Assembly (NCBI GenBank): GCA_002269645.1
Contig: NIVC01000143.1
Span: 558,001 to 622,000 of the forward strand
Length of the DNA stretch: 64,000 bases
Origin: Macrostomum lignano
Taxonomy: Eukaryota
Reading direction: 5' to 3'
Shown: positions 26,811 through 40,529 of the stretch, one piece after another
Layout of the letters: each line of letters begins with the position of its first letter
How positions within the stretch are numbered: position 1 is the stretch's first letter
Made by a program: the position numbers and the translations under genes
Notes under the pieces: model-generated
What the model was told of the DNA's origin: nothing
The model's database searches: none
What the model saw: only the letters and a program-made list of their open reading frames with translations

Positions 26811-28919
26811 AGTAGCAGAATGTGTTTTTTTATATAATTTTTTTAGAATTAGGTCTAAAAATAATAATAAACCAAGAATGTCAAAAATATGAATATTGAA
26901 TTAATAATTATACTATTTCATGACAAAAATCACTAGATAGAGATAATTTGACAATGACCAAATTTTTATCAAAAGTTAAAATGCAAATGTTAAACACTAA
27001 AACAATAAATATTAAGCATGATCAAAGTTATTTGACAATCTCATAAAATTTATCTTAGATTAAAACTTCCAAATTGAATCAACCAAATACTTGCTTTAAA
27101 ATGGAATAGGAAAGTTGACAATTGTCAATTGAAATACCAATTAGTCATTTTAATGTGACACAAAGATTTGGAACAAGTTGAGAGTTGAGTATGAATGTTG
27201 TAGCTTATAAATGAATAACAATAGTAATTAACTATAAAACCATTTAATGCATACTGCACTTTGCACTATAATAGTACTTGAATTTTGTTTATTTAGTTTA
27301 CCTTACATACAAATTAGATAAACCAAAATATTTCAATTAGTTTTACTTAAATCAAATTTAAAAAATTATTTAGAAACAAATAGTAAATAGCAATCTCTAC
27401 TAAATATTGACAAAATGCCTTATCTGCTATTGTGTAACATTTGGAAATTAATATTTGTAGTGAAGCTGAATACTAGTTATAAAAATTCAATATGCATATA
27501 TATAATATATAAAATATATATGTAGACTCTGCATATGATTATGATTCTATAAATTTAGACATTGCTTCTGTAGTGTTGCAAGAATTGGGGGTTGCTTGGA
27601 TTTGGGTCTAGAGATCTTGGAATTGCACTGCTATTACCAGTGTAATGGTTTACTCTTTGGCTTTTGAGGTGGGATAGACTGCTGTTGTCCGGGTTAACCC
27701 TAGCAAACACTTTTATAGGGGCTGAGACTGGGGAGAATTCTAAAATCAAGGGAGTGCTGCCACCAGCATGGGGACTATAGGATTGGCAATGAAGGGGTCT
27801 GATTAGGTTCCATGCAAATAAATAATGCTAGAACAACTGAAGGAGTCTCAGAGATTTCAATGTCCAAATGATAGGACTCAATGGTAGCAAATGGCCTAAG
27901 CGGCGCAGTCCTAGCACTGTCAAATGTCCATGCTTGAGCATGTCTGAGTTTAGCTCTCAGAGGACTCCTAACTCCTACAAACCTAATAACTATGTCTTGC
28001 ACAGATGGGCAGCAAGGAATAAATCTATGCACCTATAGCAGCAACAGACTCACAACTAACTAAGTCTAATAGCTATTTCTTAGAATTATGCACATGTGCT
28101 ACAACTGCAAAATCACCATCACTCTTATTATTCATGCCTATATCGCAAATAGGCAATCAGCAGAATGGCTTCAGCCAACTGATTTCCTGCCAATAAGGTA
28201 GGCTGGGAAATCAGAGCTATAGCACTAGCAATGCTCTACCAAGACCTGTTCAGGAGCATGCTTTCTGCTTGAGCACTGCAATGCTCTACCAAGACCTGCT
28301 CAGGAGCTTGCGTCTGCTTCTAGTGATGCTTTGCTCTACCAAGACCTGCTCAGGAGCTTTGCTTCGCTGTTAACTGGCGCTAGAGCACTAGACTTGGAGA
28401 AGGCTCTTGACAAGTCTTCACGAGGTGGTTCTTAGGAGAAAATCAGACAACGGTCTACATGCATTGATATAGAATGTAGAGGGTAGAGCGTTTGAGCATT
28501 CCATGGCTTGACTATGGATTGGCAGCCTGAAGAGTGTGGATAATTATACATAACAAATATTGATTAAACATAGGGGGAGAGTAGCCGACAGTTGCCTCAA
28601 GCCATTAGTGAAAGTAGCATGCCAAAATTGGGCTTATGCGCACAAGGCTGCATAAAGGGAGGGTTAAGCTTAGGACACAGGGTCCATGAAACCCTTAGTA
28701 TAAAAGAATGACACATGGGAAGAGGCTTAGATGGCAAAGGAATGAGAGAGCAGAAGGGGAGAAAGTCCAGCGAGTACACAAGGAGAGGAATGCAGCTAAC
28801 TAGATTTGTGTACACTGAGCAATTGTATGTGGTAAGCTAGGCAACAACAGTACATGCAAGCGCCAAATTTGGTAGCTTCGACTAACTAACCCTAGGCTAG
28901 AAAGCTTCCTAGTTTCCTA

Positions 28920-31103
28920 TAGAGGTCAGACGAGCAAAATTTTGGGCTTCTTCAAGTTTATGTTGATAAAATACTTCCAATTTTCCGATTTTTCTGAAAT
29001 TTTCACCAGACACTTGGTGGATACCCAAAATGATAAAAAAGCAAAATAATCACCAAAAAACCACATTCTGTGGTGATGCGACCTCAGTTTATTAATTGAC
29101 CATAGTGTCAATGAGAATTCAACAAAAATTGTTTCAATGAAATTTGTATTTAAAAATAAACATTTTTCAAAAAATGTTAACTTGCTTTGAGAATATAAAA
29201 TTAAAAAAATTATAACTAATATTAATAATTTTCCAATTATAACGTATAGTGAATATAAATTAATACAAAATTTGATATTGAGTTTTGCTATAATGTCAAA
29301 TAATTGCCTTATCACGGTTTCCTCTTTTTTAAATTTGCCACATCTACCATGCACATTATTGTCTCCCACATTCTAAATTGTTGCTACCTTTGCCATTGTG
29401 GTCAACAGTAATACCTCTTGCCAAATGATTTAGTAATGTAAGTAATTAATTATATTATAAATGTCTGTAATATTCAAGTTTGCGTTGATAAAATCAACCT
29501 CCATGAAGAATCCCCTACCCAAAAATCCCTTATCCCATTCCATGCCCTAATAGTTGGTCATTGACCTTTTTTGTAAGGATTGATCCCTTTTTCCCTAAGT
29601 TTGGAATTTATCAACACCTTCTTGAATAGGTCTCCATGCCTCTATTCAAGTTTATGTTGATAAAATCAACCCCCATGAAGAATCCCTTATCTTAAAAACC
29701 CCCATCCCATTCCTCATGCTCCAGTGTTTGGTCATTGACCTTTTGGTAGGGTCTACCCCTCCACTGAGTCTGGAATTTATCAACATCATCTTGAATAGGT
29801 CTCCATGCCTCTATTCAAGTTTATGTTAATAAAATCAATCCCCATGAAGAATTTCCCCACCCTAAAACCCCCCATTCTCCATGTCCCGATGGTTGGTTTT
29901 AAGTGCCTACATATAGTTGGGTTGAAAGTACCAAAAAATGAAGCTCAAATTTGAAATCAGCACCATCAAAAACTCCTATAGAGACAAAATTATGCTCCTA
30001 TTAAAATTGCAACTAATTTATCAACACCCTATTGGAATAAGTTGACAAAACGCGGACAACTGTCTGTCGCATTTTCGGATTCTCCTGGTGTTGCGTCGCG
30101 TGACAGTGGTGTCAAGTGGTGTGTCGCGTCGCACGACACTGGAAACCTGGTGTTGTCATGCGTCGCGTCGCAGCCTGGACCTGTAGCCAAAACCTTGCAA
30201 ACTGTGTTTCATTGTAATATGTTCACGGTTGTTTCTCGGTATTTAAATGTTTCAAACATGTTTGATAATAACTGGTTCTTGAATTGTTCTTTTTTATTTT
30301 GACAGTAAAGTAACTAATACTTCAAATATAATTTTTAGAAATGTTACTTGTTAGTTACAATGCATGCACTGTTTTTCTAAGTGTTGTACCTTTGTTGTTT
30401 TACTGTTTATTGTTTTTAAATTTCTTTTCTTTTTCCACAAAATTGAAAGGAATACTCTCGTCCCTCGCCCCATGGTCTCCGCATCGAGAGTGAACGGCAG
30501 AATGGGAATGGTCAATTGCAACGTGGCTGCTGTGGCGCCCCATCCCCCAGTCATTCGGTCAACAGACACCGGTGTTGCGTCGCGCGTCGCCGCCCCCCAG
30601 TCAACAAAATTTGGTGTCGCGTTGTACTTTTGAGGGCACAATTTTGGCACCCGTGTCGCGCGTCTGCGGGTTTTTGAAACTTATTCCAATAGGGTATAAA
30701 TATAAACTTGAAGAAGTTCAAAATTTTGGTTGGGTATGAAATTTCATGAAATTTTCAAAGTCAGGCATGATCGTGATCATGAATTTATATTTGCATACAT
30801 GTATTTAGAGCTCATAAGTTACAAGTGTTGAAAATAACAAAACAAGAAAAGAAATATTTATAAATTGATAATAGCTACTTGGTAATGCTGTCAAGTCAAC
30901 AAATTTAAAATTTATTACTCTTTTACACAATTGTGTTCACATATTTTGGTAAATCAAGTAGAAAAGTTATACTTCTAATAAAAATGTAATAAAGCAGAAA
31001 TTTAAGACTTTCGTGAACAGGTTTCAAGGAAATCACGATCATGAAAAAAATGGTCATGAATTCACAAAATTGTGATCACGATTGTGATCACGTCCAACCC
31101 CTA
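28920..31103. mobile_element. Non-autonomous hAT-like DNA transposon (~2.2 kb)
   Basis: Perfect 8-bp TSD GTTTCCTA at 28912-28919 and 31104-31111. Imperfect TIRs TAGAGGTCAGACG / CGTCCAACCCCTA. Subterminal GATCACG/TCATGA repeats and three ~170-bp internal units (29474-29880). Confidence 0.8.
30026..30695. mobile_element. MITE nested in the hAT element
   Basis: Perfect 18-bp TIR ACCCTATTGGAATAAGTT / AACTTATTCCAATAGGGT, with GTCGCG-rich subterminal repeats at both ends. Confidence 0.75.
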
Positions 31104-32538
31104 GTTTCCTATGTTAATGAGCCTCAAGCCTCGTTATGATGACTCAATTATACCACATTATGCAACTTCTCAGTGCTAAAAAAGGCTACTTAGAGTGCAT
31201 GGAGGCAGCAGAACAGTTCCTATTCCAGATACTAGCAGTGCCTAAGATGTGAATGTGGCCCTATGCTTGTAGCAGAAGGCTGTGGCCACATCATTTCAAA
31301 AATGAAAATTAATGGGTTTGGCAATGCCTAAGTAGAAAGAAAACCATAGGCATTGTTACTAATCATTTATTTGAAACAAATAACATATATAAAACATAAT
31401 TTAATGACTATTATTAACAACTCACTATTTTAATCCAACAATAACATCATAACATATATGGCCTATTCGCTACTCCAGTCTTAACCCAATTAAAAATATA
31501 TAACTATTAATTTCTACAATAAATTATCAAAAGTAAAATATTACTTAGATATATGCCAAAAAATATCAAAAAGATATTGCAATAATAAGTGGCAATAAAG
31601 GACCTGTTTTGCATTGCAACAATATAGGACTGTAGGATCATTTCTTGCATTACAACCTTTTTTATAGTCTTATATACTAAAATAACTATGACATAGGCCT
31701 GCTCTGTGGCATAATTTTTCTAATGGATTGTTCTATACACAAGATACTTTGTGCCAACCATTTTTTCATGTCTGTTGTACACTGGAATTTTCCAGCATAA
31801 GACTTGGTTGGGAATATATTAGTAAAGACCAAAGAGCAACCCTACCAGAATACATTAGAATTGCTGTTAGAAATTTTATTACTAAATTAAGAATACACAA
31901 CGACAACTTTGGTGATATCAGTAGAATAATTTAAAAAGAGAAGTAAAACCATAGGAAAATAATTAAGTTTTTGAATTTTTTAGAGGTAGATTCAAAAGCC
32001 TTGTTACAACGAAGTGACCAAGTGTTGGCTTGGGGAGTGTTGACGAAGTGACCAAAAGTTCCATTATATGAATGATGTGTATCTGATACAACTTGAATCT
32101 TGCTTGATAATTACCAGTGTAACATATTTTAAATCTACTATGCGTTGGGTCTTTACTTTTTACTTAAGCCTAAGATTTATAATTCGCTTCTTTTAAAAAC
32201 AACAATGATCGCCGTTCTTTGAAACTTAAGGACTTGAAATGTATAAAAACTTAGGCCGCTATAACAACATTTACAGGTCATATATGTTACTGCTAGAATT
32301 AAAATGTTTTTTATGATACATAAAGTAACTTTAAACTTAAAAAACATTGTTTTTAAGTGTAATACTAAAAGACAAAATTATATATTAATTGATGTCAAGC
32401 GACCTATCCCAAATTCAAAATTTCGCGTCTTGCAAGAAAGTTCAATCTGAACATACAAGAGGAGGCTTCAGCCTTCAGGCGAATCACGCCTTGGTCATTT
32501 ACTGTTTTTCTGTAACTTAAGGTGCTTGTTAATAGGTA

Positions 32539-33237
32539 ATGGAAATTGCTCCTGCGAGTATTGAGGTTTGTCTGAAACTTAACCGCTTTGTTTGTGGAGA
32601 AGCACAGAACGATGTTGTTGCTCTTAGAGATTCCCATGTAAGAATACTTTCGTCACACGAGCTTGGAACCCTATTGACGGTACCCTTTTCCGAGGGCGAT
32701 CCCGTACCTCTTTCATTGCCGCCTTCAAGACCACCAACCCAGCGAGATTTGCCCAAGTCCAATTTATCGTCGCGATCTGGGACGAGGGAGCGCCCGAAAG
32801 AGAAAGAATTAGAACCTCAGCGACTTTCCGATCCAAATGCTGTCATCATTGATAGCACTACAGAAGAGAGGCCAAAGCGAAGCTCATCGAAATTTCTAAA
32901 AATGATTAATGAAGAGCGCAAAAGCCGCTGGAATTGTGATCAAGCAGCGCTGCCTGTTGATGGAGTCGAATCACATGGAGCCGATAATTCAACTAGACTT
33001 AACAAGGGAATGCATTCTCCGCCAAAATTCGAGCCCGGTGCAGCTTTAAATCCTCTTCGCCAGGAGCAAAAGGTTTCTCAACAGCTTCGAGACGAAATGT
33101 TCATGGATATCTTGGCACAACAGCGAAATCAAAACTTTGCTGACAACATGAGTCAAGTGTCTGGAATGTCTGCTAAGGAACGAATTCTCAAGACTGGTCA
33201 TGCAACTGGAATCCCAGACAATCTGCGGCAGTTATAA
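32539..33237 (+). CDS. Uncharacterised 232-aa ORF (mostly disordered, charged)
   Basis: Long ORF in very AT-rich surroundings, with an acceptor-like TTGTTAATAG just before the ATG. No recognisable domain. Confidence 0.5.
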   Translation: MEIAPASIEVCLKLNRFVCGEAQNDVVALRDSHVRILSSHELGTLLTVPFSEGDPVPLSLPPSRPPTQRDLPKSNLSSRSGTRERPKEKELEPQRLSDPNAVIIDSTTEERPKRSSSKFLKMINEERKSRWNCDQAALPVDGVESHGADNSTRLNKGMHSPPKFEPGAALNPLRQEQKVSQQLRDEMFMDILAQQRNQNFADNMSQVSGMSAKERILKTGHATGIPDNLRQL

Positions 33238-34505
33238 TACTTTATGATGAATATTAACTGATTTATTTCAAACATTTCCTTTCGCTGTATTGTAAACTGT
33301 ATCAAATTTAAATAAGTATAACATGATACATTCAAGATTGATTCTTTTTTTGGCTAGGTCATTTTTGCACTTAATATGGCCAGCAGGTTACTTGCATGAA
33401 ATAAATGATCTTTTGGCTTATTATATATGCAACTTTTGGTTCATTGGATTTTAATTAGACAACAGCTGGCTGATTAGGTATTTTAGTAAGTAGCATATGT
33501 ATTTTTTCATTTTTACTAGAAGTAGAATATATAATATTGTTAGTAGTAATAATGAATATATTTGTATATTTTTATTATTAAGCATGTTCTAGATACTGTA
33601 TCTAATTTAGTTTTCAAATGTTGAAATATTTTAGGATTATATATGTAAAACTATATTTATATTATAACATATTGTGGCAAATTTAAAAAAAATTATGTTT
33701 TGAAACTATTGTTATAATATGTTTTTAACCTTTGATTGGAAATTTTTTGTAGTCTCAAGATTTTTGTTTTATATAAATTTGCCTCATTTTTATACTAATG
33801 TTATATTGTAATATTGTACCTAATGACCTCTTCCATTGTTTGAAAAGTACTTTTTTAATTATTTAAGCAGATATTTTCTATGCTATGTTACTTGCATTAT
33901 AATTTTTGGTTTGTAATTTTGAATTAAAATTGTGACTTGTTTCTACCTGAGCCACATATATGTAATTTTTCTATATTCGCTAACAACCCCATCTTATGCT
34001 TCTAACTTTTCTTTGTAGTGCCTCTATTATGGTGTGCTTTCAAAAACAAAATATAAAAAATTAATTTTTCATAAAATACTACTTGATCTACTCCTTTTTT
34101 CTTTTTAAAAACTGTCAATAATAATAAAGTTATACAAAAGTTAATTTTCCTGTTATCATTTTAGCTATGAATTATTTTTAAATAAATCAAGTTATAGCTA
34201 ACAAACATTTTAATATCAAGGAAAGTTGCAGACTTCATTTTACTGTACTGGAATAGACACCTTGCATTCACTAAGACACCCTGCACTTACTGAGACACCC
34301 TGAACACACTGAAAGAGACAACATGTACTGTACTCACTCTGAGATTAATGTGAGCTAATGTAAAGTCACCAAGACAGCTGGCAGCATGCTAGAAGAAAGT
34401 TCTAAAGATCTTTAGATTTAAGAGTCCCACTATGTTTTTCCGGTTTAAATAGGTACTTTTTCAAATTCTTAAATAACTCGAAATTTGCTTTGACAGACCA
34501 AAAGC

Positions 34506-36118
34506 ATGTCCGGCAGTTCAAAGTCTATCTGGTTTTTTGGTTATGGTAGCAACATGAATGCAGACAATTTGGCAAACAAAAAGAATGTTGTTGTTAAACA
34601 GACCACACATGCTATTCTCCGTGGCTATAAGATGACCTTTTCTGTTCCTGGATTCAGCTATGTGGAGCCTTGCTTTGCTAATTGTGAAAAAGCAGGTGGG
34701 TTCTGGTATATTTTATTACTTTTTCGATGCTACTATACTATACTTTAGAAGTGTAGCCATGTCGCTCCTCTTAATGCACACTGACGAGTACTTAATGTCC
34801 CGAGCTAAAACCATCTGAGAAACTCTCTGCCACAGACACGATCGACAGCCCCGAAATATGCATAAAATTCATTGCAAGGCACAACTAAACCCGTCTCGAG
34901 ACGTACACGAAGACCAAACCCACTTCGGGATACACCCTATACCCTGCTCGGGAAGACGCGCTGAACTCACCTCGAAAGACACACTGAACTCACCTCGAAA
35001 GACACACTCAACTCACCCCGAAAGACACACTGAACTCACCGCGAAAGGCACACTGAACTCACCTCGAAAAACACACTGAACTCACCTCGAAAGACACTCT
35101 GAACTCATCTCAAAAGACACACTGAACTCACATCGAAAGACACACTGAACTCACCTCGTAAGACACACTGATCCCACCTCGAAAGACACTGAACTCACCT
35201 CGAAAGACACACTGATCCCACCTCGAAAGACACACTGAACTCACCTCGTAAGGCACACTGAATTCACCTCGAAAGACACACCGGACCGGAGTAGATACGC
35301 TAAATCGACCGCAAGACGCTAACAAGCGGACGTACGACCGTAAATTTAACAATTTTCAACCCCCCCCCCATCCCGACACAGCGCCCACTGATTGCGTTCA
35401 CGGCGTAGCTTTCGAAACCGACCAAGATTCGATCGATCGCATGGACCGAGTCGAGATGGTCTATGACAAAGCCTGGGTACCTCTAGAAAGCTACGACGGT
35501 CGCCAATTTGAAGGCTACGTGTATGTGAACAAGGCAGGCTTCAAAAGCACCACAGAAGGTACCCCATCGAAACGCTATCTTCAGATGGTGATCGATGCGG
35601 CTAGACGTGCCGGTCTCAACTCTGACTACATTGCCAAACTTGAATCCGTGAAAGCGTACAAACCATCAGCTGAAACCCTAGCAAAGAGGTCTGCCATACT
35701 GTCTGGAAACTATCCAGTCAAAGACATGACTCGCGAATCTCTAGGCGAAGATCCGTCAAACTTCACCAGCCTGTTTGGTTACATATTTCGTATTGGACCG
35801 CCGAAGCCGCCATTCACTATGCAGCACGGTCGCGATGTGACCAATCTAATGCTATTGCATTATCTCAATCTGCCAATGGATGTTGCTGCAGATCGACAAG
35901 ATGCTGAAAATCTGCCTCGCATGAAATTGATAGAGAATCGACCAGATGCTTATGAATATCTGCTGACTTGGTTAGATAAATTTGCTGCCGCCAGAAATCA
36001 ACATGATGAAGTGTCGTCTCCAGTGATTGGCAGACACAGGCAGTTCATGGCTGCTCAGGTCTGCTCTGACTCCGGACTGCCTGTCAGTCAGTGGGTGTTT
36101 CCTGCTCCTGAAAATTGA
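34506..36118 (+). CDS. GGCT: Gamma-glutamylcyclotransferase-like protein A with C-terminal extension, 2 exons, 308 aa
   Basis: Exons 34506-34695 and 35382-36118 (phase 1). GGCT/AIG2-fold motifs WFFGYGSNM, VHGVAF, MDRVE..Y and PSKRYL. Confidence 0.85.
34960..35282. repeat. ~23-bp minisatellite (ACTGAACTCACCTCGAAAGACAC) in the GGCT-A intron
   Basis: Tandem units. Confidence 0.92.
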
Positions 36119-36759
36119 ATTCAGACGGTCACGGATGCCTGGCGTGGTAGGAACTTATTAGTAAAGTCGTAGTATTAGAATATTGACACCAAAGAGTTTT
36201 CGTTTTATAACTTGTGGCTTGTGTGCTCGAAAAAATTGCACCAATGCACAGAGAGTGTACGTGCCTGACGATTAGAAAGTCCGCTGTAAAGGACCGCTTG
36301 CATGTGCTCACAGGAGTCAGCGGCATCACCAGAATTTTCATCAGCTTGGATTTTTATTTATAGGCGATTTTTTTGTTAATTTAATTTTTGTTAACTTTCT
36401 TGCAAGTCTGTTAGATTAATCTCTTCTTCCAAGAATTGTGATATTGCTGCAGATTTTTTCATCATTTTAGGCAAATTTTTGCTGGCTTCTCAATTGATAT
36501 TTGTGATATCTTCTTTTGTAAAGAGAATATTCATTTCTATACAAAGAAAAGCCGATGCCTTTTATAGTTTTTGTTTTGTACGAATCTTGCTAAATAAAAG
36601 AGTTATTAATTGTTTTTTGTTGATTAACTTTTTTTCAGCGCTATATTTTTATAAGTAGGTATGGAGTGCTTTCTATCCTATTCAAGGTGTCTTTCGATAG
36701 GTTCTTCTGCAACTCTCAGGATGTCCTTTAATGGCTGATTCTACAAACCTCCGATTGTC

Positions 36760-37180
36760 CTTCAGGGGTTGCTTCTGCAAATGTCCGGTTGTCCTTCATG
36801 AGTGCTTCTGCAAACCTCAGGTTGTTCTTCAGTGAGTGCTTCTGCAAACCTCAGGTTGTCCCTTATGAGTGCTTCTGCAAACCTCAGGTTGTCCTTCATG
36901 AGTGCTTCTGCAAACCTCAGGTTGTCCTTCAGTGAGTGCTTCTGCAAACCTCAGGTTGTCCCTTATGAGTGCTTCTGCAAACCTCAGGTTGTCCCTCATG
37001 AGTGCTTCTGCAAACCTCAGGTTGTCCTTCAGTGAGTGCTTCTGCAAAACTCAGGTTGTCCTTCAGTGAGTGCTTCTGCAAACCTCAGGTTGTCCTTCAG
37101 GGGGTGGCTTCTAAAAACCCTTGGTTTTCCTTCCAGGGGATGCTTCTAAAAGCCTCAGACGGTCCTATAAACCTCCGGTT
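36760..37180. repeat. 33-34-bp minisatellite (GTGCTTCTGCAAACCTCAGGTTGTCCTTCATGA)
   Basis: Tandem units between the two GGCT-like genes. Confidence 0.93.
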
Positions 37181-37377
37181 GTCCTTCAGTGAATCCTTCT
37201 GCAATCCTATAAAACGACAAGCAATCCATTAAGTAAAATTTTCAACTTTGCCTGAATTTACATCTTGAGTTTCAATGCAATAATTTCAGATTGCAAAATT
37301 ACCTTTGTTAGCAAGTAATTATTTGAACTGCTTGTCGTTAACAATATTTTTATCATCTAACATTGCAGTGTTTAAAT

Positions 37378-38991
37378 ATGTCTGGTGCAAATAAATCAAC
37401 TATTTGGTTCTTTGGATACGGAAGTAACATGGACAGCGAGAATTTGTCCAAGAAGAAGGGCGTCGAAGTGCTGCAGAGCACACCGGCTGTGCTGAGAGGC
37501 TACAAGATGGCTTTCTCACTGGCTGCTATACCACTGGCTGAGCCCTTCTTCGCCAACTGCGAAAAAGGCTGTGAGTAAGGTTTGTGTGTCTGTATGACCT
37601 AAGAAACTTCTCATTGATTGACTATTCATTGATCTCTGCTCATGTAAATCAACAATAATGAACAATTCTTTAACTATCCTGATCATCCAGCCGAGTCAGA
37701 CAACATTCACGGCGTAGCGTTTGAAACTGACGCGGATTCGATCGCTAAAATGGACAAAGTTGAAATGGGCTACGACAAAGCGTCCGTTATCCTGGAGGCC
37801 TACGATGGTCGGAAACTTGATGGCTACGTTTATGTTAACAAACCGCAGCGAGAGGTTCGAGTGGGCAACCCGTCAGGTGTGTATTTGGGTATTTTGAGTT
37901 TAGAGGAGGGGATTAGAGACTGTGTGTATGCACATTTTTTAAATCAGAACGGTATACACTGCATGCGCTTTACCGTGACAAGAATCGCTTAAAAAGTCGT
38001 TGCAAACAGCTCTCCAGTGACTCTAACGACTCAAACGCGTCTAGTGCGACGGAGAGGCGACTGTTGCGTCACAAAAACGTCATGTGTGAGATGTAGAATC
38101 TTAAGAGTCGTCCAACAATCGCTGCGTTGGCGCTTAACTTTTGCTAGAGACATGACTCTAATTCATCAAGCGACGCAAACGCGCTTCAAACACAACTTAG
38201 GGACTCTACCACGCCTCAATTACTTGTACGACCCCAGAGTCGTTATACCGTCGCCCCAAAGTCGTTTCAGAGTCGCAAACCAATAAAACGCTTCAAATTG
38301 ACTCTTAGGCGACTCTTTGACGACTCTTTGGCAACTTGTACCGTGACTGTATTTGTCATCCGCAAGGACTCTGTGGCGTCCCAAGTGACTGTGGATGATT
38401 CCCTTAGCCCTTAGCCTACGCTCGTAGGTGCCGCTTTTATCATAATCGTCCTCTATTACCCCTCGTCCAGGTCGTTACCTACGCCTGTTAATCAACGGTG
38501 CCAAAGCGGCAGGCCTGAACAAAGACTACATAGCCCGGCTGGAGGCCACGCCAGTGTACAAGCCTTCGGCCGAGACGTTGGCTAAACGCGCCGCTTTGAC
38601 CTCGGCAACCTATCCAACCAAGGAGATGACCCAAGAGGCCCTGGGCAAGGACCTGTCACATTTCGTCAGCGTTTTTGGCTACATCATCGATGCTGGACCG
38701 TCCACAGGATTTTTCTCGTCCCACCGCGGCAAAGACATCACCAATCGGATGCTGAGGCACTATTTGAATTTGCCACTTGACTCGGTTGAAGATCCTCAAG
38801 ATGCCGAGCATTTGCCCAATTTGAAATTGTTGGAGTCTCGACCGGACGCTGTGGATTTCGTATGGACTTGGTTTGATCAGCACGCCAGTAGCGGCACAGT
38901 GGTTGCTAGGCACGCCGCGTTTCTAGCAGCTCAAGAGGTCGATTCGAGTACTGGGAAGCCTCGATCTCAGTGGACGATTCCAACGGCTTGA
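37378..38991 (+). CDS. GGCT: Gamma-glutamylcyclotransferase-like protein B (tandem paralog), 3 exons
   Basis: Exons 37378-37570, 37691-37876, 38471-38991 (all junctions phase 1). Colinear with paralog A, for example YKPSAETLAKR in both. Confidence 0.85.
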
Positions 38992-40529
38992 GTGCAATTT
39001 GATTCAAGGTGCTATGGTTCGAGCCCATAACATATTTTTTAAATATGGCGTTTTTGTTTTAGTTTTACCTATAATTCATTACGGAGTAGTGCTAAAAAGC
39101 TTTTCTATATATTTTTTACTTTGAATCCGGAACTTATAGTCTAACATTAGGTTTTGTTATATCTGTCTTTTTAGTACGTCAGATTTTTAAAAATTAGGCT
39201 TAGAAATTTAGGTAAATAATCGTCAAGTCATATACAGCTATAGGCTCATTTTCTATTTTCGCATGGTTGGCTGAATCATGAATCAGCTGTCTGAAATCCG
39301 TCACTTGGTAGCTGCTTTCGAATTTTTTGGTGCAAAATCTTCAATTTCACGCGCCTTTGTAGGTTGTCTCTTTATTTAATTTTTAGGGTATAATAATTAG
39401 CCTTCTTTAATCGATAGAATTAATCTATAAGACTTGTAGCTACAGAAATAAAACCGTCGTTAAATATTATTGTTTGTTTAAATCTGCTTTGTAAATCCTT
39501 AATTACAGCTTTCTGTTGTTAAATAAATCAAATTTTAAATGAAACTAGACTTACATGTAGCTATAAGGCAGCATGTACTTTTAGGACGATTTATTCAAAA
39601 TGATAACTAACGACTTAATTGAAAAACGAATGGATTTAGAAGGGGTGTATTTTTCGAACCAGTGTGTGCTATCGTTTACTATTATGTGTAGTGTGTTCAT
39701 AATTATTTGATTGTTTATCCTAAATGTATTTATTTTTGTTTATCGTTGTAGTGGAGTATCTGACCTCCGTGATTTTTCGAGCTTATAACACTTTTTGCAG
39801 TGTATTTGCATCTATTTAGTCTCAGCTTCAATAATACTATAATAGTACTAATTTAATATTACTTTTCCATGACCGACATTTTTCCGGAAATTTCCGGCAT
39901 TATTTATTTTTAGCAGATCATGCCATTCAAGTTAGGTTGCTTAGCTATTCAAACATAATTTCTTATTAACAAATAGTATTTATCTCTAACTTTAAGATGG
40001 AATCTTAATATATAAGAAAATGTTTACTAAACTTATAAAAATCTTAATTTTAATAAACATCTAAAACTTTTCTTGTTGATGTTAAAAAGTAGCAATTGTT
40101 TAAGAAATGTTGTCAATCTTATTTATTTTTTCATTATTAAAAATAATTTTATAATTTAAATTATGTTCTATGTTTTTGTGAACTTTAAGCGCCTTTAATT
40201 GAGCCGCGATAGTGATTGATTTTGTGTTACGAGTATTTAATATCTTTAATATTGTACACGTAGTACCGTCTATAACAAATATATATTTCAGTCCTATTAT
40301 TGCATCAATATTTAGATTTTTTTATTATATATACAGTGTATTTAGTGCCTTAGTTTTATTGCTCTATTTAACAGGAATGCGACTTTTCTTTTTCTATTTC
40401 TCGTTGCTTGGATTGATATGCAGCAGCTGTATACATGTAGCTAAGTGCAGCACACAGGGGTGTCGGAACCGGGGAGCCCGTGGGGCTGGAGCCCCCCCCC
40501 CACTTTTTAGCATGATCCTGCAATTGCCC

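Noticed and set aside
27560-28200. Possible decayed LINE endonuclease on the minus strand
   Set aside because: Only faint motif resemblance with many stops; not supportable without a profile search.
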